A program made the translations under genes and the position numbers. A stretch of DNA of 63,290 nt, counting the filler, from Piptocephalis cylindrospora (lineage: Eukaryota): assembly GCA_003614145.1 (NCBI GenBank). It is 26 parts of 26 records of this genome, joined end to end, with 100 filler letters (N's around TTAATTAATTAA, not from the genome) between each part and the next. Parts side by side here need not be neighbours in the genome. Positions count along the whole stretch, not along the records: positions 1 to 2,382 come from KZ988982.1; positions 2,483 to 4,858 come from KZ988983.1; positions 4,959 to 7,330 come from KZ988984.1; positions 7,431 to 9,802 come from KZ988985.1; positions 9,903 to 12,272 come from KZ988986.1; 21 more parts are not named here. One strand, 5' to 3'. Positions 1 through 11,999 of this stretch are shown in pieces. The stretch's first letter is position 1. Each line of letters begins with the position of its first letter. The notes under the pieces are model-generated. The model was not told the DNA's origin and ran no database searches. It saw only the letters and a list, made by a program, of their open reading frames with translations.

Positions 1-1837
1 TGACGGTGGTGAGCTCAGCAGCAGCGCCATCCAGGGCGCCAATAGGGGCTACACCGTAGGCGGCAGCATGTGATTTTGCGGCGGCCATGAGGCCATGAAG
101 GGCTCGGCCAATGCGACCCTTGAGTCGATCCAGCTCATCGACGGAGCATCCGGGACGCTCTTGACCTTTGGAGGAAGCACTTTCAGGAAGGACACCACCG
201 GCTCGTTGGGCATCTTCAACATCCTCTGTGGCCTCTTTGCATGCCATAACTACGCTTTTCATGGCCATCAAGACTTTGGTAGGGCCCTCGGTGCGGGCGG
301 CTCTGAGGAGGGTATCGACGGACAATTGATAGGCTGTGACCTTGGACTGGTCCAACCACCCGGTCCGAGAGGGTCGGAGAAGGCCATCACGGGAAAAGTC
401 CACTTTAGGATTGGCACGGACGTAGGCAGAGGTGGCCTTGAGGGCTCGGAGCTCCCGGCGACCCTCCTCGACACGCTTGCGCAGCCCATTCATCTCCTCG
501 AGGGTGGCAGCGGTCTCGCGTTCATGGGATTCTTTCCAGGCGCGTAGTTGATCATTTTGCTCAGCGAGCTCCTCGATGGTGCGAAGTAGGGTGGCAGACT
601 CTTGCTGCACCTCCTCCACCACCTCCTGCTGTCTATCCCACCGTGCACGAATATCACGGTTTTCCCGTTCGAGCGCTTCGGCCCGATCCTGAAGCTCCTC
701 GTGATCTCGAAGAAGCTCTGTCATCCTCGAATCCTCATCTCCTGCCGAGGCTCCAAAGGTCCTAGAGGATTGATTCTGCCGAGCCTGCTCCTCCAGCTCC
801 TTGACTCGTCGGTTCAGCCGATCAATTTCCTCGGCAGCATGACCAGATGACCGGGAGGTGGATGAGGGACCGGACCTGGGATCATGGGACTCACCGACCA
901 TGGATCCAAGATCGGAAATAACTGAGTCCAGGGCTCCGCTGCCCTCACTACCCCGACCAGGTCGTTTGGGCGAGGCCGATGGAGATTCAGTGTGGGATCG
1001 ACCCATGGGCCTCATTTGCTGGCGGCTGTCGTTATCCTTTTCTTCCTCCCTCCCATCCTCCCTCTCCGAGGAGGAGGGTCGGTGAACGGTGTAGGAAACT
1101 TCGGAGACTGGGGCCATGGTGAGTCGGCCCTGCTGGGGGACGATGACGGTCTCATTGGCGGCCGAGGGATCCGCCGGTGGAGGTGGGGGGGGAGGGGGGG
1201 GAGGGGGAGGGGGACCGACCCTCGGGGAAGCCGAACGAGCACTCTGCCCCATCCCAACATACGGGGAGGGAGAGGCCATGCGACCTGGTGGGGCGCCCTG
1301 AGGCGGGGCAGGGGCGCGTCTGCCCGGGGTGGGGGATGAGGAGTCCATAGACCGGGTATGGGCGTGGGATCCCGAGGCCTGGTCAGACCTCCGGGAAGAG
1401 GAGGGAGGGGAGGTGGAGGGAGGGGAGAGGGAGGTGGAGTTGGAGTTGGAATGGTGGGAGGCGGAGAACTGAGAGATGGAGGGGGTTTCCCGTCCAAAGT
1501 GGGGGTATCGTCGATCCAACTCGGCGTACACGTCACTGGCTAGGTCCTTGAAGCGGGGCTTGGGCAAGGTAGCGAGTTTTTGCCGGGCCTGGTTGCGCTT
1601 GGGATGAAATTCCTCACGAAGGGCTAAGAAGGGCATTTGCTCAGAATCCAGGAGTCGACGGGTCAGCTCGTCGTACACGTCGGTGGACAGTTCTTGGAAC
1701 TGTTGTTGGTTGAGTCGTTCCAGCTTACTCCGAGCCGACTTTCGTTGTGCCGAGATGCCCTGGGCCTCCTTGAGCAGGTGGGAGGCCAGGTACTTTTTAA
1801 GCGCTGTATAGTGCGTAAGGGCGACTTCCAAAGACAT
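1..1837 (-). CDS. SPA2: Polarisome scaffold Spa2-like protein (two SHD/GIT repeats, coiled coil, GIT-C-like region); 3' end runs off the window
   Basis: Manual translation from ATG at 1837: MSLEVALTHYTALKKYL...ARSKLERLNQQQFQELSTDVYDELTRR...FHPKRNQARQKLATLPKPRFKDLASDVYAELDRRYP, the Spa2 homology domain repeats. The frame is consistent to position 2 (...GVAPIGALDGAAAELTTTV). Absent from the ORF track because it has no stop. Confidence 0.9.
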   Translation of the reverse strand, partial: MSLEVALTHYTALKKYLASHLLKEAQGISAQRKSARSKLERLNQQQFQELSTDVYDELTRRLLDSEQMPFLALREEFHPKRNQARQKLATLPKPRFKDLASDVYAELDRRYPHFGRETPSISQFSASHHSNSNSTSLSPPSTSPPSSSRRSDQASGSHAHTRSMDSSSPTPGRRAPAPPQGAPPGRMASPSPYVGMGQSARSASPRVGPPPPPPPPPPPPPADPSAANETVIVPQQGRLTMAPVSEVSYTVHRPSSSEREDGREEEKDNDSRQQMRPMGRSHTESPSASPKRPGRGSEGSGALDSVISDLGSMVGESHDPRSGPSSTSRSSGHAAEEIDRLNRRVKELEEQARQNQSSRTFGASAGDEDSRMTELLRDHEELQDRAEALERENRDIRARWDRQQEVVEEVQQESATLLRTIEELAEQNDQLRAWKESHERETAATLEEMNGLRKRVEEGRRELRALKATSAYVRANPKVDFSRDGLLRPSRTGWLDQSKVTAYQLSVDTLLRAARTEGPTKVLMAMKSVVMACKEATEDVEDAQRAGGVLPESASSKGQERPGCSVDELDRLKGRIGRALHGLMAAAKSHAAAYGVAPIGALDGAAAELTTV

Positions 1838-2382
1838 GATGGGTTGAGGGCCTGAAGAGAGCAGGGGGGATAGAGAAGAGGAGGAGGAGGAGGAGGAGGA
1901 AGAGGAGGAAGAGGAGGAGGGGGAAGGATTTAGGGGGAAGCTAGGCTTCGCACCTTTTTGTTGGCAATAGGGGCCGAGCGACGGGGCGGGATGGAGAAAG
2001 CCGAAGGGAAGGAGAGAAGGGGGGAGGGGGCGAAGTGTGAGATCAGCCCACTTGTGCTTGGGTAGTTAGTTAGTAAGGGATGGTGAAAGAAGAAGAAAGA
2101 AAGAGTGGTGGTGACAACGATGGGCCCAGTAGGGAATGGTCACCTCTGGAGATAAATGATGAGAGGGAGAGGGAGGGAAGGAGCGGCTCTGGTAAGCGGC
2201 GGAGCCTGGTTTCGAGATTCCCACTACGGAGTTGCTTATGGTGAGAGGGAACGAGATGTGTGGGTAGAATAGGGGAGCGATGGGGCGGGAAGAGGTGTTC
2301 CAGGAGGGAAGAAGGGAGGAAGGGTGTGAGAGCTGGACAATATGGTTATGTATTTCAATGAATTGCGCAAATCCTTGATCTC

Positions 2383-2482
2383 NNNNNNNNNNNNNNNNNN
2401 NNNNNNNNNNNNNNNNNNNNNNNNNNTTAATTAATTAANNNNNNNNNNNNNNNNNNNNNNNNNNNNNNNNNNNNNNNNNNNN
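2383..2482. other. Artificial contig spacer (N-run + TTAATTAATTAA + N-run, 100 nt); first of 25 copies
   Basis: The same spacer starts at about 4859, 7331, 9803, 12273, 14743, 17210, 19677, 22139, 24600, 26950, 29290, 31737, 34181, 36625, 39068, 41509, 43949, 46278, 48715, 51151, 53585, 56016, 58443 and 60867. The 12-mer gives stops in all six frames. Genes are cut at the spacers. Confidence 0.98.
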
Positions 2483-2857
2483 GTATCTAGTAAGATATTA
2501 AGAAAATACCTATTGATATGAATAGCAGTATCGGGGGAGGGATGAGTGAAAGAATGAAGCTTAAACCCGGAGAAGCAATGCTGACCAGATGCATGGGTTG
2601 GACTGTTCTACCGTGGACTTTCCACCAAAATATGCGCCTAGAAGGTTGGATGTATGCAGGATGATACCGCCCAAGGCCTGTTTACTCACGTCAAAGAGCC
2701 AAATCCGCACGGGTCGTTGCGGATACTCTCGGGCTCGCTTAATCAACAAGGAACTCAATGCCAAGACCGCTAGGATCAGCTGGACCACCACAGCGAACCC
2801 GTCCATCAGCTCACAGTGCAAGTCCTCATCTACCGGGTCAAGCGAAACTGGGTCCAT
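2483..2857 (-). CDS. STIMATE/TMEM110/YPL162C-like membrane protein, 5' part (intron-containing, truncated)
   Basis: CELMDGFAVVVQLILAVLALSSLLIKRAREYPQRPVRIWLFDVSKQALG...NPCIW, then an intron and Y-FLNILLD. These motifs are typical of the family. Confidence 0.82.
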
Positions 2858-3581
2858 ATTGGAGGCTGAAGGCAAGAGATTTGAGGGAAGGAGGATTGAA
2901 AGAAGGTGTCGAACCGATGAAAGAAAGAGGAAGGAAGGAAGGAAGAAAGGGAGAGAGGAAAAAGAGAGAAAAGGTACACGTGCGCGTGTCAGGATGCCCT
3001 CGCTTGATTGTGAAGAGGGGCAGGAAGGAAGGGGTGGGTACGACTTTGATTCAGCTTGCCAGAGGAGCCCCGCAGCCCAGCCCAGGGTCCGTTTGTGGCC
3101 ACCTCAATAGGGGGGCTGGTCGAGGGGATTCTGGCGGTGGGGTCAATTGCGGTAGTGTGTGAGTACAAGTATATGAGGGTAAATGCCCACGTCAGACCGG
3201 TCATACTGTATGGAAAGGCCCCTCCCTATCTCTCCCCATCTCTCCCCATCTCCTCATCTCTCTTCATTGTGGAACAGAACAACACTACTTACATATCCCG
3301 CAATAATCATCCACCACCACCTACTACACTACCCACTTAAGCAGGCTACACTACCGCTTTTGTGGACGCGGCAGGTCCGACCGCTCGAGACGCGCCGGTC
3401 TCTATTGACATTTTCAAGGACTCGCGCCATACTTGATGCCTTGAGTGATCAGCCTTATCATTTCTTCGCTCTCTCACTTTCTCGCTTTCTTTCTTCTCCT
3501 CAATCTCAATTTCATTTTTCCTTTAATCCACTGCTCCCCGTTCCTTCCTCTTTCTCCGCCCCTTTCTTTCCTCTCTCTCAC

Positions 3582-4768
3582 ATGTCTGCTCCAGAAACAC
3601 CCGAGGGAAAGCGCTCTCAGCTTACGGAGCTCATTTCTCCTGGCTTCAAGATTAGCTCTCCTCTACGCGACACCCAAAATACCCAAGCCACCCAGGCTAC
3701 TCAGCCCTATGAAAATTCACAGATTCCAGCTTCGTTGGAAGGCACTCCAGACTGGTTGGCTCTGATCCCCGAGGACAGACAGCCCTATGTGGCTGGTAGA
3801 ATCGTGGTTAAAACTTACCAGAATAACGCTTGTAAGATGATTCTTTTATTGAGCATGGTCAAAAAGAAAATGGAACAAACTATCCCTGCCATGCCACTGA
3901 CTTTTCTCTTTCCTTCCTACCTAGATGCCCCACTCTACACGGATGTAGAGCTGATCGTAGGGAGAAATGCCCATTGGTACGTATGGGAAGCAGTCAAAAG
4001 CATGCAGGAAATTCCTGACTCTCCCCTCTTTCATACACAGTGATCTTGTGGTTGAAGGCCAATTTTGCTCCAGTAAGCACTGTGTGTTTGCCGTTCGAAA
4101 TGGCGTTATCGTTTGCAAGGTACGTCACCTAGTAGTGAGAATAGCCGAGGTCAATGGGTCTCACCCTTTCCTTTATCGGCACCTATGATCCACTCCTTCC
4201 ACCTTCTTAATACTCATGTATCGGCTATACAGGATATTTCGAGTAATGGAACCATGTGTAAGTTTTTGTTTATCGTCCACTCACGTCTCGTGCTCCCCAC
4301 TCACCACCACCACCATAATGAATCGTCTGGTAGATAACGGTACTAAAATTGGAAAGGGTCAAACAGTGGCCTTGGAGGATGGGGATATCATCGAGATCCA
4401 TGATAAGAACATGCTTCAAGTAGAACAGATCATGGAAGAGACGGCCAAAGTTGAGGCTAAAGAGTATCGTGAGCTCGTGGCATCCCGTTATCTAATTAAC
4501 CCGAAAAATAATTGGTAGGAAGATTTAAGGGTGCTCTCACCGCCCCTCCTCCCCCCCCCTAACCCTTCTTTCCCCCCCAATCATTTTCGGGACGTATGCC
4601 CAAGTTCGCCTAGCCTATCCTCAGGACGATCAGAGCCTGGGTATGGCCGTCAAGGTGATTGATAAGTCTAGATTTGCACACGAAAGTTCCCAAATCACCT
4701 CAAATGGCCGGAAGCGCCTAACTATAGACATTCACGATGAGGTCAACATTCTCAAATCGGTCAACCAT
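3582..4768 (+). CDS. FHA-domain Ser/Thr checkpoint kinase (Chk2/Cds1/Dun1/Mek1-like), 5' part, multi-exon, truncated
   Basis: TQ cluster (DTQNTQATQATQ), FHA motifs (VGRN..C, CSSKHC, DISSNGT, NGTKIGKG...LEDGDII) and kinase N-lobe (GTYAQVRLA, MAVKVIDK, DEVNILKSVNH), separated by short GT..AG introns. Confidence 0.85.
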
Positions 4769-4803
4769 GTATGTTTAAGAGTGTATGCACTTTATCCCCC
4801 CCC

Positions 4804-4858
4804 CCCCCGATACTGCTATTCATATCAATAGGTATTTTCTTAATATCTTACTAGATAC
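4804..4858. repeat. Exact 55-bp inverted copy of contig start 2483-2537
   Basis: Reverse complement of gtatctagtaagatattaagaaaatacctattgatatgaatagcagtatcggggg. The match stops at exactly 55 nt. Confidence 0.95.
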
Positions 4859-4958
4859 NNNNNNNNNNNNNNNNNNNNNNNNNNNNNNNNNNNNNNNNNN
4901 NNTTAATTAATTAANNNNNNNNNNNNNNNNNNNNNNNNNNNNNNNNNNNNNNNNNNNN

Positions 4959-5013
4959 AGCTTACTGACAAAGGACAACAAAAAAGAAAAAAAAGGAAAT
5001 TCAACGCTAAAGG
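4959..5013. repeat. Exact 55-bp inverted copy of contig end 7276-7330
   Basis: agcttactgacaaaggacaac...caacgctaaagg matches the reverse complement of 7276-7330 for 55 nt and then diverges. Confidence 0.95.
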
Positions 5014-7143
5014 CAAGGAGGACTGTGTCCACCCGTTTTCTCTGCATATCGGTCATGTGAGGAGCCGTGTGCTGCAAGAACGTATCCATCGTCTCTAGCG
5101 CCGCACACTGCAAGCCATACTCTTGCGTGGGGACTGGAGGTAAACCTAGGGTAGTTCCCATACTCGATGGCATTCCCAATTGAGCCCCCATCTTTCTCTA
5201 GCGTCACCATAGGGGAGAGGGCAGTGAGTTTGCTGTGTTTAGCCATTGCGAGTCATTCTATTATCACTATCAAAAACGATTCTTACCTTTCTTTGGGCTG
5301 CTCGTCCCTTGGGCTGCTGCTTACTAGCTGCTATCATTCCACTCATCCGCTCAGAAGTCGAGGATGGTCCTGTCACACCATCGGTGGATCCTTGCATATC
5401 CTTGATAAATGCTGCCACCATCTGCTTGCTTAATGCCTTGGCATCGCCACTCACGCCAAACGCCTCGGTCAATCCTTTGAGCATCCGGTATCCACTACAC
5501 CGGATAGGTCTATTGAAAGCGGACAGGGTGAGTCGTCTACTTTCCGCATGTCTGCTCAGCGGGACAAAAAGGATACTTTATGCTCCCATCCTATCCGTCC
5601 TTCACTGCCTACCTTGAACGCGAATTCAGCTGATACAACGCCAGTGATTCAAGTCTCTCTGACAGCACCACACAGGGCCCACTCGCTGCGTTTAGCAGCG
5701 CCAAAAAGAGTGCCTCAACATCCTCATGATACTCATGGAGCCGCGTCGCCAAGAATGCCATTTCTAGGTCACTAACCCTATTGATCTACCGCACCATCGT
5801 GCCCACAGTACCAAAAAGTAACCATTAGTCCCCTGCTCAAAAGTCAAGTTCCTTTTCCCTCTATCCTGCTCTTCATCAAACACTCACCGAATAGTCCTGA
5901 AAGGCTCCCGAAAGCCGCTCCAATACACTTATGATCTGTTTGGCTGATATGCTCAACGCACCCTCCACCTCAGCGTGCAAGAGTCCAACGCATAGCTCCG
6001 TCAAAAAGTGGATTTGAGCTGCCGTCACCTCATCCACTCCTCCTTGCACCATTTTATCCTCGGCCCAAGGAGTCGCCAAAGGGTACTTGGCCATGCTCTC
6101 ATTCATCATCATTCCTGAGCCTATCGTTTCCATGAATCGCGGTGAAAACTTGGTTAGTTGGGCTTATCTCTTTCCATCAATCTCATCCCCTTCTAACGCA
6201 TCTCTTACCAAGTGAGCCGTAAATTCGAGGTAAAGCGGATTCTAGAGTAGAGCACACTTTACCAAATGTTCCCACCCACCCTTCGGTCCCGACATGTCGT
6301 GTGTACGACACCGTCAATGTGATAAATGTCCTTGTGGAGGCATGGATCAATTCTTCTGGCAGCCCTGCCAAGTCTGTGTCCATCAGTGGCGATAGCGCAA
6401 GCGGGAGCGCTCGGTCGTAAAAGGGTCGGAACATGCTTGGGAACGCCTGACTAATAGATCCCAGGCATGTCAACACCGTAACCTACCGTTATGTCAATAG
6501 AGTATTGGTCATAGATGAGTCTGGGGACATCAGATTCTCCCTCCCACCAAAAGACTCCCCTTACCTTGAGGTAGGGCTCTGGATAAAGATTCATCAGAGT
6601 AGTGCAAAATCTCGGAAGATTAGCGTTGAGCAGCTCTGTTTGCAGCTCAGGTCGGCCGGCCGATGATACAAAGAGAGATGTCAAACTTTCCAGGAGAATA
6701 GGTGACATGGGTGTCGATGCAACCGGTTTCTACACGTATCAACCCCGTGTCAGTATTCTCTAAATTCAGCCCCTTTCCCCACCTCAATGCCATGCCCTCT
6801 TTCTTACCAAAGCATGTCCCATCAATGTTCCACACCACCGCTGAAGAATATCTTGGTCAAGGTACCCGCCCCATCGGCGTGTGCACACCCCAACCAGACT
6901 ACGACCACAGGACCGGGCCTCCGCCTGCTTCGAGGACACCAAGGTGCTGATTGCCGAAGTAAAACTGGGGAAGGAGGCGTGGTTGGCCAGCTTTTCCCAG
7001 CTAATATCCAGGCTTTGGAGCTGGCGAAGGATCGTCGGTAGCCGTTGGGCCAATCCGGCTGATCGGCCAATCTCATCGGTCAAGACACGAAAGCGTCCAG
7101 CGGCGTCTACCTCGTCCACATGTGTTGTACGCATACCTGCCAT
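5014..7143 (-). CDS. RIX1: Rix1/PELP1-like pre-rRNA processing protein (multi-exon, 3' truncated)
   Basis: Successive minus-strand exons of helical-repeat character, including RPELQTELLNANLPRF and CLGSISQAFPSMFRPF (compare the Rix1 'PTTFRPF' motif). Confidence 0.7.
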
Positions 7144-7430
7144 ATCCTGAACAAGGAGTATAGGATGGTTGTCAAAGGGGGGGAAGAATTGGGCGGGATG
7201 GGGAGGACAGAAAGACTCAGGGCTTTATCGTCTCCTTTTTGAAAACGGTATTATCCGGACACGTTCGCTCCGTTTCCTTTAGCGTTGAATTTCCTTTTTT
7301 TTCTTTTTTGTTGTCCTTTGTCAGTAAGCTNNNNNNNNNNNNNNNNNNNNNNNNNNNNNNNNNNNNNNNNNNNNTTAATTAATTAANNNNNNNNNNNNNN
7401 NNNNNNNNNNNNNNNNNNNNNNNNNNNNNN

Positions 7431-7871
7431 CGAGCTCATGCAAAGATGAGAGGATGATTTATGGGCCCGGTCCAATGATCCACCCGAGTGTCTTCTCACA
7501 TGCGTCGTCGGGTCTGATGGATAGGGGTCGGTTGGAGTAAGGTTGGATACGGGTGAAGAATATGAGGGTGTGGAGGAGGGGGAGGAGGATGAGGAAAAGT
7601 TCAAGCCATCCAGAACAAGGGAGGGGAGGGAGGGACGACGGCCGGAAAGAAAAGTCTTTGCAACCGCCCGTAAGCTGGCGAGCGAATGCTGCTTCTTGGG
7701 AGGGGTTTCGGATTGGGTGGGGGTGATGTCAATGGCAAAGCTAGACCTCCTCGAGCTGGATGTGGATGCGGAGATGAGTGAGGCGGGTGGAGGAGGTAGG
7801 GTGGAGGAGGTGGAGCTGGAAGGAGAGGAATCCTTGGACAAGGAATGGCCTTGAAATGGATTGTTTAGCAT
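7431..7871 (-). CDS. Hypothetical Ser/Pro-rich protein, N-terminal fragment
   Basis: ATG at 7871 after a pyrimidine-rich leader; open to the contig end; contains RRSS/RRPS/RRHS motifs; no recognisable domain. Confidence 0.45.
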
Positions 7872-9902
7872 GATGAAAGGATGCTTCGGATGAGAGGGGA
7901 GAGGGAAGAAATGATGGGATAATTGAGTGAGAGTGGAGTGAAGAGTGAATAGATAAACACGGGCGGATAGGCACAAGGTGAAGTAGGGCACGCGTCGTGT
8001 GTTGCAGCGTGTAGAGTGACAGGGAGGGGGGTGGGGAGGGTGAAGTGAGGAGAAATGAGGTAAACACAAGGTAGGGTAAGGGAGAGGAAAGAGGAAGGAT
8101 GCTGAAGGGAAGAAGAAGATGGGAGGGAGATGGGAGAAGAGGAAACGGAGGTGTAGCACCAAGAGAGACATGGTGCATGAACGCGAGGATTTATACTAGA
8201 GGAACTTGTGGGCTAGGCATTCAGCTTGGAAAAAGAACACGCTGCATGCACCTCGATGTCCGAGTCGCTAGCCTCACGCTCACACACACATCGACAAGCA
8301 GGGTATTTTGGCGGACGGACCACTTATCTTGGTGGGGCAGATCCCCATTGAGAGAGAGAGAGAGAGGCGAGAGACGTCTCTCACTCACACATACACACAT
8401 ACACACAGAGAGAGAGCTACACATACATGGCTCTAACTCCCACTCCGCTCTCCCCACTTGAAGGGTCAAGTCGATGAATAGGATAGCACGTCACCACCAG
8501 ATACTATAGCCGGGAGGATGCAGTTGCTGAGGGAGGACAGGTGTGAAGTGAAAATAAATGTGTGCATGTGTGGAAGTCACCTCGGTGTGATCTTCTCACA
8601 CACCGCATGGACCCCCAGGTGCAAAGGGAGGGAGGGGTGATTGGTGTGAGGGAAGGAAAAATGACGAAGTTCAACGGTATTAGGACTTGCCGGTGTGAGC
8701 ATCCTCATCTTGCCCCCTAAAGATATCGCTCTCTTTCCCTTTGCACTATATCCATCAATGTCTTTCTTTTCCCCATATCCAGGAGTAAGATAGATCACCT
8801 TCCACACATGGACAAGGGATGTGCGCCGAAAAAGAGGGGAGGAGGGGGGTGGCACACCTTGACCACTCGATCCTAGTCCTTGTACGTGGGAAAAGGTGCG
8901 GACTAGGCAACCTCGGCAGTACCCAGGCCAAGACCAGTCTCAGAATGTGTGTCGCTGCAGCGGAGTGAGTGTGGAGCGGAGTTCACGCGTGCTGGGGATG
9001 GAAAGGAGAGGGGAGCACGGGCCGATAGGGCCGAAACAGCCCATGTCGAGCGAAAAATGACCTTACTGATTGGTGTTAGCCATGGTGTTCGGAGTTGAAC
9101 TTGTGTAGGTATGGGTGTGTCGCGGTCTGCGTCTACCAGGCGCGTCTCTTGCCCATGTCAAAGTTCACTCCTCCTCCTTTAGATTATCCCACGCTGAGCT
9201 GTGGGATCCCTCATTGCTAGGCCTGAACAGATTGGGTGTGAGACAGTCTACCTGTCAGTGAGACGGCGACATCCTCACTAATAGGTCTATGCTCCTGCCC
9301 AACGGGTATGCGCATATTCTCTTCCCTCCATTCTGTCAATATTCGATGACACACCTGTCAACGGAACGTCCTTGTATCATACGATAGATCCCGAGACAAA
9401 GAGAGAGAAGAAGAGGAAGAAAATCCGGACCGGGGCCCGAGTCCCTTTCTCTCGTGCATTGCAGTGTGAGTGGATGATCTAAAGAGGATCCTAAAAGAAA
9501 ACAACGCTGATCAGGGGATAATGTTTATTTTTGGACTCATGCGGTCAGGATGGCCATTTGGGAGTGGTGAGTATTTGAAAGGACGAAAGGCAATACTATG
9601 CCCACCACCACGTAGAGGAGATGTGCGGTAAAGACTACTCTCTCGGGACTATCTTGTGCTCTTTAAGGCTTATGCGCCCAAAGTTTACGTAAAAATTGGG
9701 AGGGCCCGGGTGGTACAAGTCCGATGACCAGAGGCTTCTCTCTTCTTGCCCATCATTCCTCTCTTCCGTGTTGCTTCGGGGGGTAAAAACCCCATGCCTT
9801 AANNNNNNNNNNNNNNNNNNNNNNNNNNNNNNNNNNNNNNNNNNNNTTAATTAATTAANNNNNNNNNNNNNNNNNNNNNNNNNNNNNNNNNNNNNNNNNN
9901 NN

Positions 9903-10545
9903 CACTCACTCTACCCTGAAAATGAAAATGTCGAATGATGTAGAAAGTAGATGAGGCCATTCGACATGTGGATCTCTACTTGGATCAGCAAGGTAGGGGG
10001 TACTATGACTGGAAGGAGATAAGCCCGGCACATGGAATCTCCTTCAATAACCAACCACGTCCCTATCTCTAGGACAAGTCTTTCACATGAATGTCAGGTC
10101 AGAGAACAACATTACCGCTGAATCATCAATCCCATCCGAAGATGAATCTACCTCTTCTCAGCAGGTAAGGAGGATCAAAAGGAATCCGATCTTTCCTATG
10201 TTTCTCACCATCATCAAACCACTCACCCACCACTGAACATGCATCCGCGATGACAGACGGATCAAGTCATAGTCCATGTCCTCCCCATACTCCAAGGCGC
10301 TCAGTACGTATCGAAGCGAAATGGGATACATGAGTCAATATAGCTCTCCGATGTTCCACTGACTCTTACCCCCTCCAGACCTCAAGTGGTTAAAAAAGAC
10401 GGAACAGGAAAGCAAGGAGGAAAGTGAAGAGGCTGAAAAGAGCTTCTTTGCCAAGTACTGGCACTTTATCCTCCCCATCGCCGTCATCCTTCTCCTCGGA
10501 GGAGGACAGGCTGAAGAGGGAGGGGAGGCCAAGACTTCTGAATAA
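9903..10545 (+). CDS. EMC10: ER membrane protein complex subunit 10, 3' exons
   Basis: The last exon encodes EEAEKSFFAKYWHFILPIAVILLLGGGQAEEGG..., the EMC10 C-terminal signature, with TAA at 10543-10545. Upstream exons read VDLYLDQQ/GQVFHMN. Confidence 0.8.
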
Positions 10546-10721
10546 GTGTGTCTCATCACACTTGTCTTGTGTGTGTGTTGTCGGGGGGATGAGAATGAGA
10601 ATGAACCAAAAAAGTGATCTACCGCCCACCTCTCCATGATAATGGGTCCGTGACAAGTGAAAAAGAAAAGTATAAGGAATATGAAAAAAAAGGAAGCGTC
10701 TCCCTCTCCCCTCCATCCATC

Positions 10722-11163
10722 TCAGTAAGCAGATACAGGCACCTTTCTCTCCTCCGTTCCATCCCCGACAACGGCAGGCAAGGACCAGATGTGTAGCCAA
10801 TAATTCAAACGAAGGATCAAGAGATCCAGGGCCATTTGAATGGAATCGTTCACCAGATTCACCTTACTTCCACCCACCTCATGCCACGTCACGGGAATCT
10901 CGATCACGGCCATCCGAGACATTTCGGCGATGAGAAGGAGCTCCACGTCGAAGATCCAGCCCTCGACATGCGCAGAGGGGAAGAGGAGTTGGGCGGCGGG
11001 GCGGGAGAAGAGCTTGAACCCACACTGCGTATCCTGGATGGACCGAACGCCCAAGAGATAGAGGAACCGATGAAATGAGTGCATGAGGAAGTTCCGAAGC
11101 ATCGAACGCTTGACTACCGCATCTGTCTGCACCAGGTGCGACCGGGATCCGACGGCCACCCCA
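10722..11163 (-). CDS. ALG5: Dolichyl-phosphate beta-glucosyltransferase, C-terminal part only
   Basis: [10 protein letters not shown]...[15 protein letters not shown]...[13 protein letters not shown]...WIFDVELL...[13 protein letters not shown]. The N-terminal half is missing. Confidence 0.92.
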
Positions 11164-11220
11164 TGGTGCTGTTAGAACAAGAGTGACTAGGGGGAGAAGG
11201 GAGATTCTTGGTAGTAGCAT
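11164..11220 (-). CDS. Orphan signal-peptide-like N-terminus (probably the displaced 5' end of EMC10)
   Basis: [20 protein letters not shown] follows a pyrimidine-rich leader and is joined out of frame to ALG5 at CCATGGGG. Confidence 0.45.
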
Positions 11221-11668
11221 GGCGAACTTGTTGGGGTTTGATGGGGTGGATGTACGAGGAGGACAGAGGAGGAGGCAAAGAGGGGAGGGATGGGAAAGGA
11301 CGGGGGATTAACCGATGCACTGGTGCACACGCACATTTGTCCCTTGTCCAACAATAAACACATGTCTACCGAACAGAGAAGGTGATGGTGATTCCAAGTA
11401 CCTTATAATTCGTAATTTATTGCCTTTGTAATACTCATACTGTAATGATGATATGAATGCAGTGGTTGCCTAATCAAGTGCGGCTGATGGGGGGTGGGGA
11501 CTCAGAGAGCATTCGTAGATGGTAAGGCGTTGTTCAAAGGGATCTTCGTAGGATGGAATCCTCTGATGCACACACGCGTCAATAAACTTATCGCGTCTAT
11601 CTTACTGAAACCGCGTTGTTCTCTCTCCTCTCTTCCCTCCCGTTCATCTCTTCCCTTCCTATCTTGTC

Positions 11669-11836
11669 CTACCGATTGGACAACTCGGATCCAATCTTGT
11701 AATTGGCAATCTTATCCCAATCCACCTTGCTCCGGGTGACGGGAAGGGTACGACGAAGGGATCGGAAGGTGTCATCATTCAGTTTCCTATGTGTCTCGCT
11801 CATCTCGATCTGGTAGGCATCCTCTTCCTTGACCCT
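11669..11836 (-). CDS. CAP1: F-actin capping protein alpha, C-terminal fragment
   Basis: EEDAYQIEMSETHRKLNDDTFRSLRRTLPVTRSKVDWDKIANYKIGSEL matches the CapZ-alpha C-terminus. Confidence 0.9.
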   Translation of the reverse strand, partial: RVKEEDAYQIEMSETHRKLNDDTFRSLRRTLPVTRSKVDWDKIANYKIGSELSNR

Positions 11837-11999
11837 CCCACACCTCTTCATCCCGTCCTTCTCCCTTCACTCCTCCATCCTTCCTCATCTCAGTCCTCCA
11901 TTCGGCGCGGCCCTAATCCCCCCCCCCTCCCCCTCTCCTCCCTTTCACACCATCCCCCCCACTCCACTACAAGGCAATATCCTCTCCTTCATCTAGGGT

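Noticed and set aside
95..1855. Plus-strand and alternative-frame Gly/Pro-rich ORFs in the first contig
   Set aside because: They are shadow ORFs of the minus-strand SPA2 gene.
2483..7330. Terminal inverted repeats of DNA transposons or linear plasmids
   Set aside because: The repeats are exactly 55 nt, unrelated between contigs, made of host intron or promoter sequence, and there is no transposase or polymerase.
8200..9802. Structured ncRNA or ribozyme in the long intergenic region
   Set aside because: I recognised no snRNA, rRNA, tRNA or hammerhead core by eye. An Rfam covariance-model scan would be needed to exclude one.
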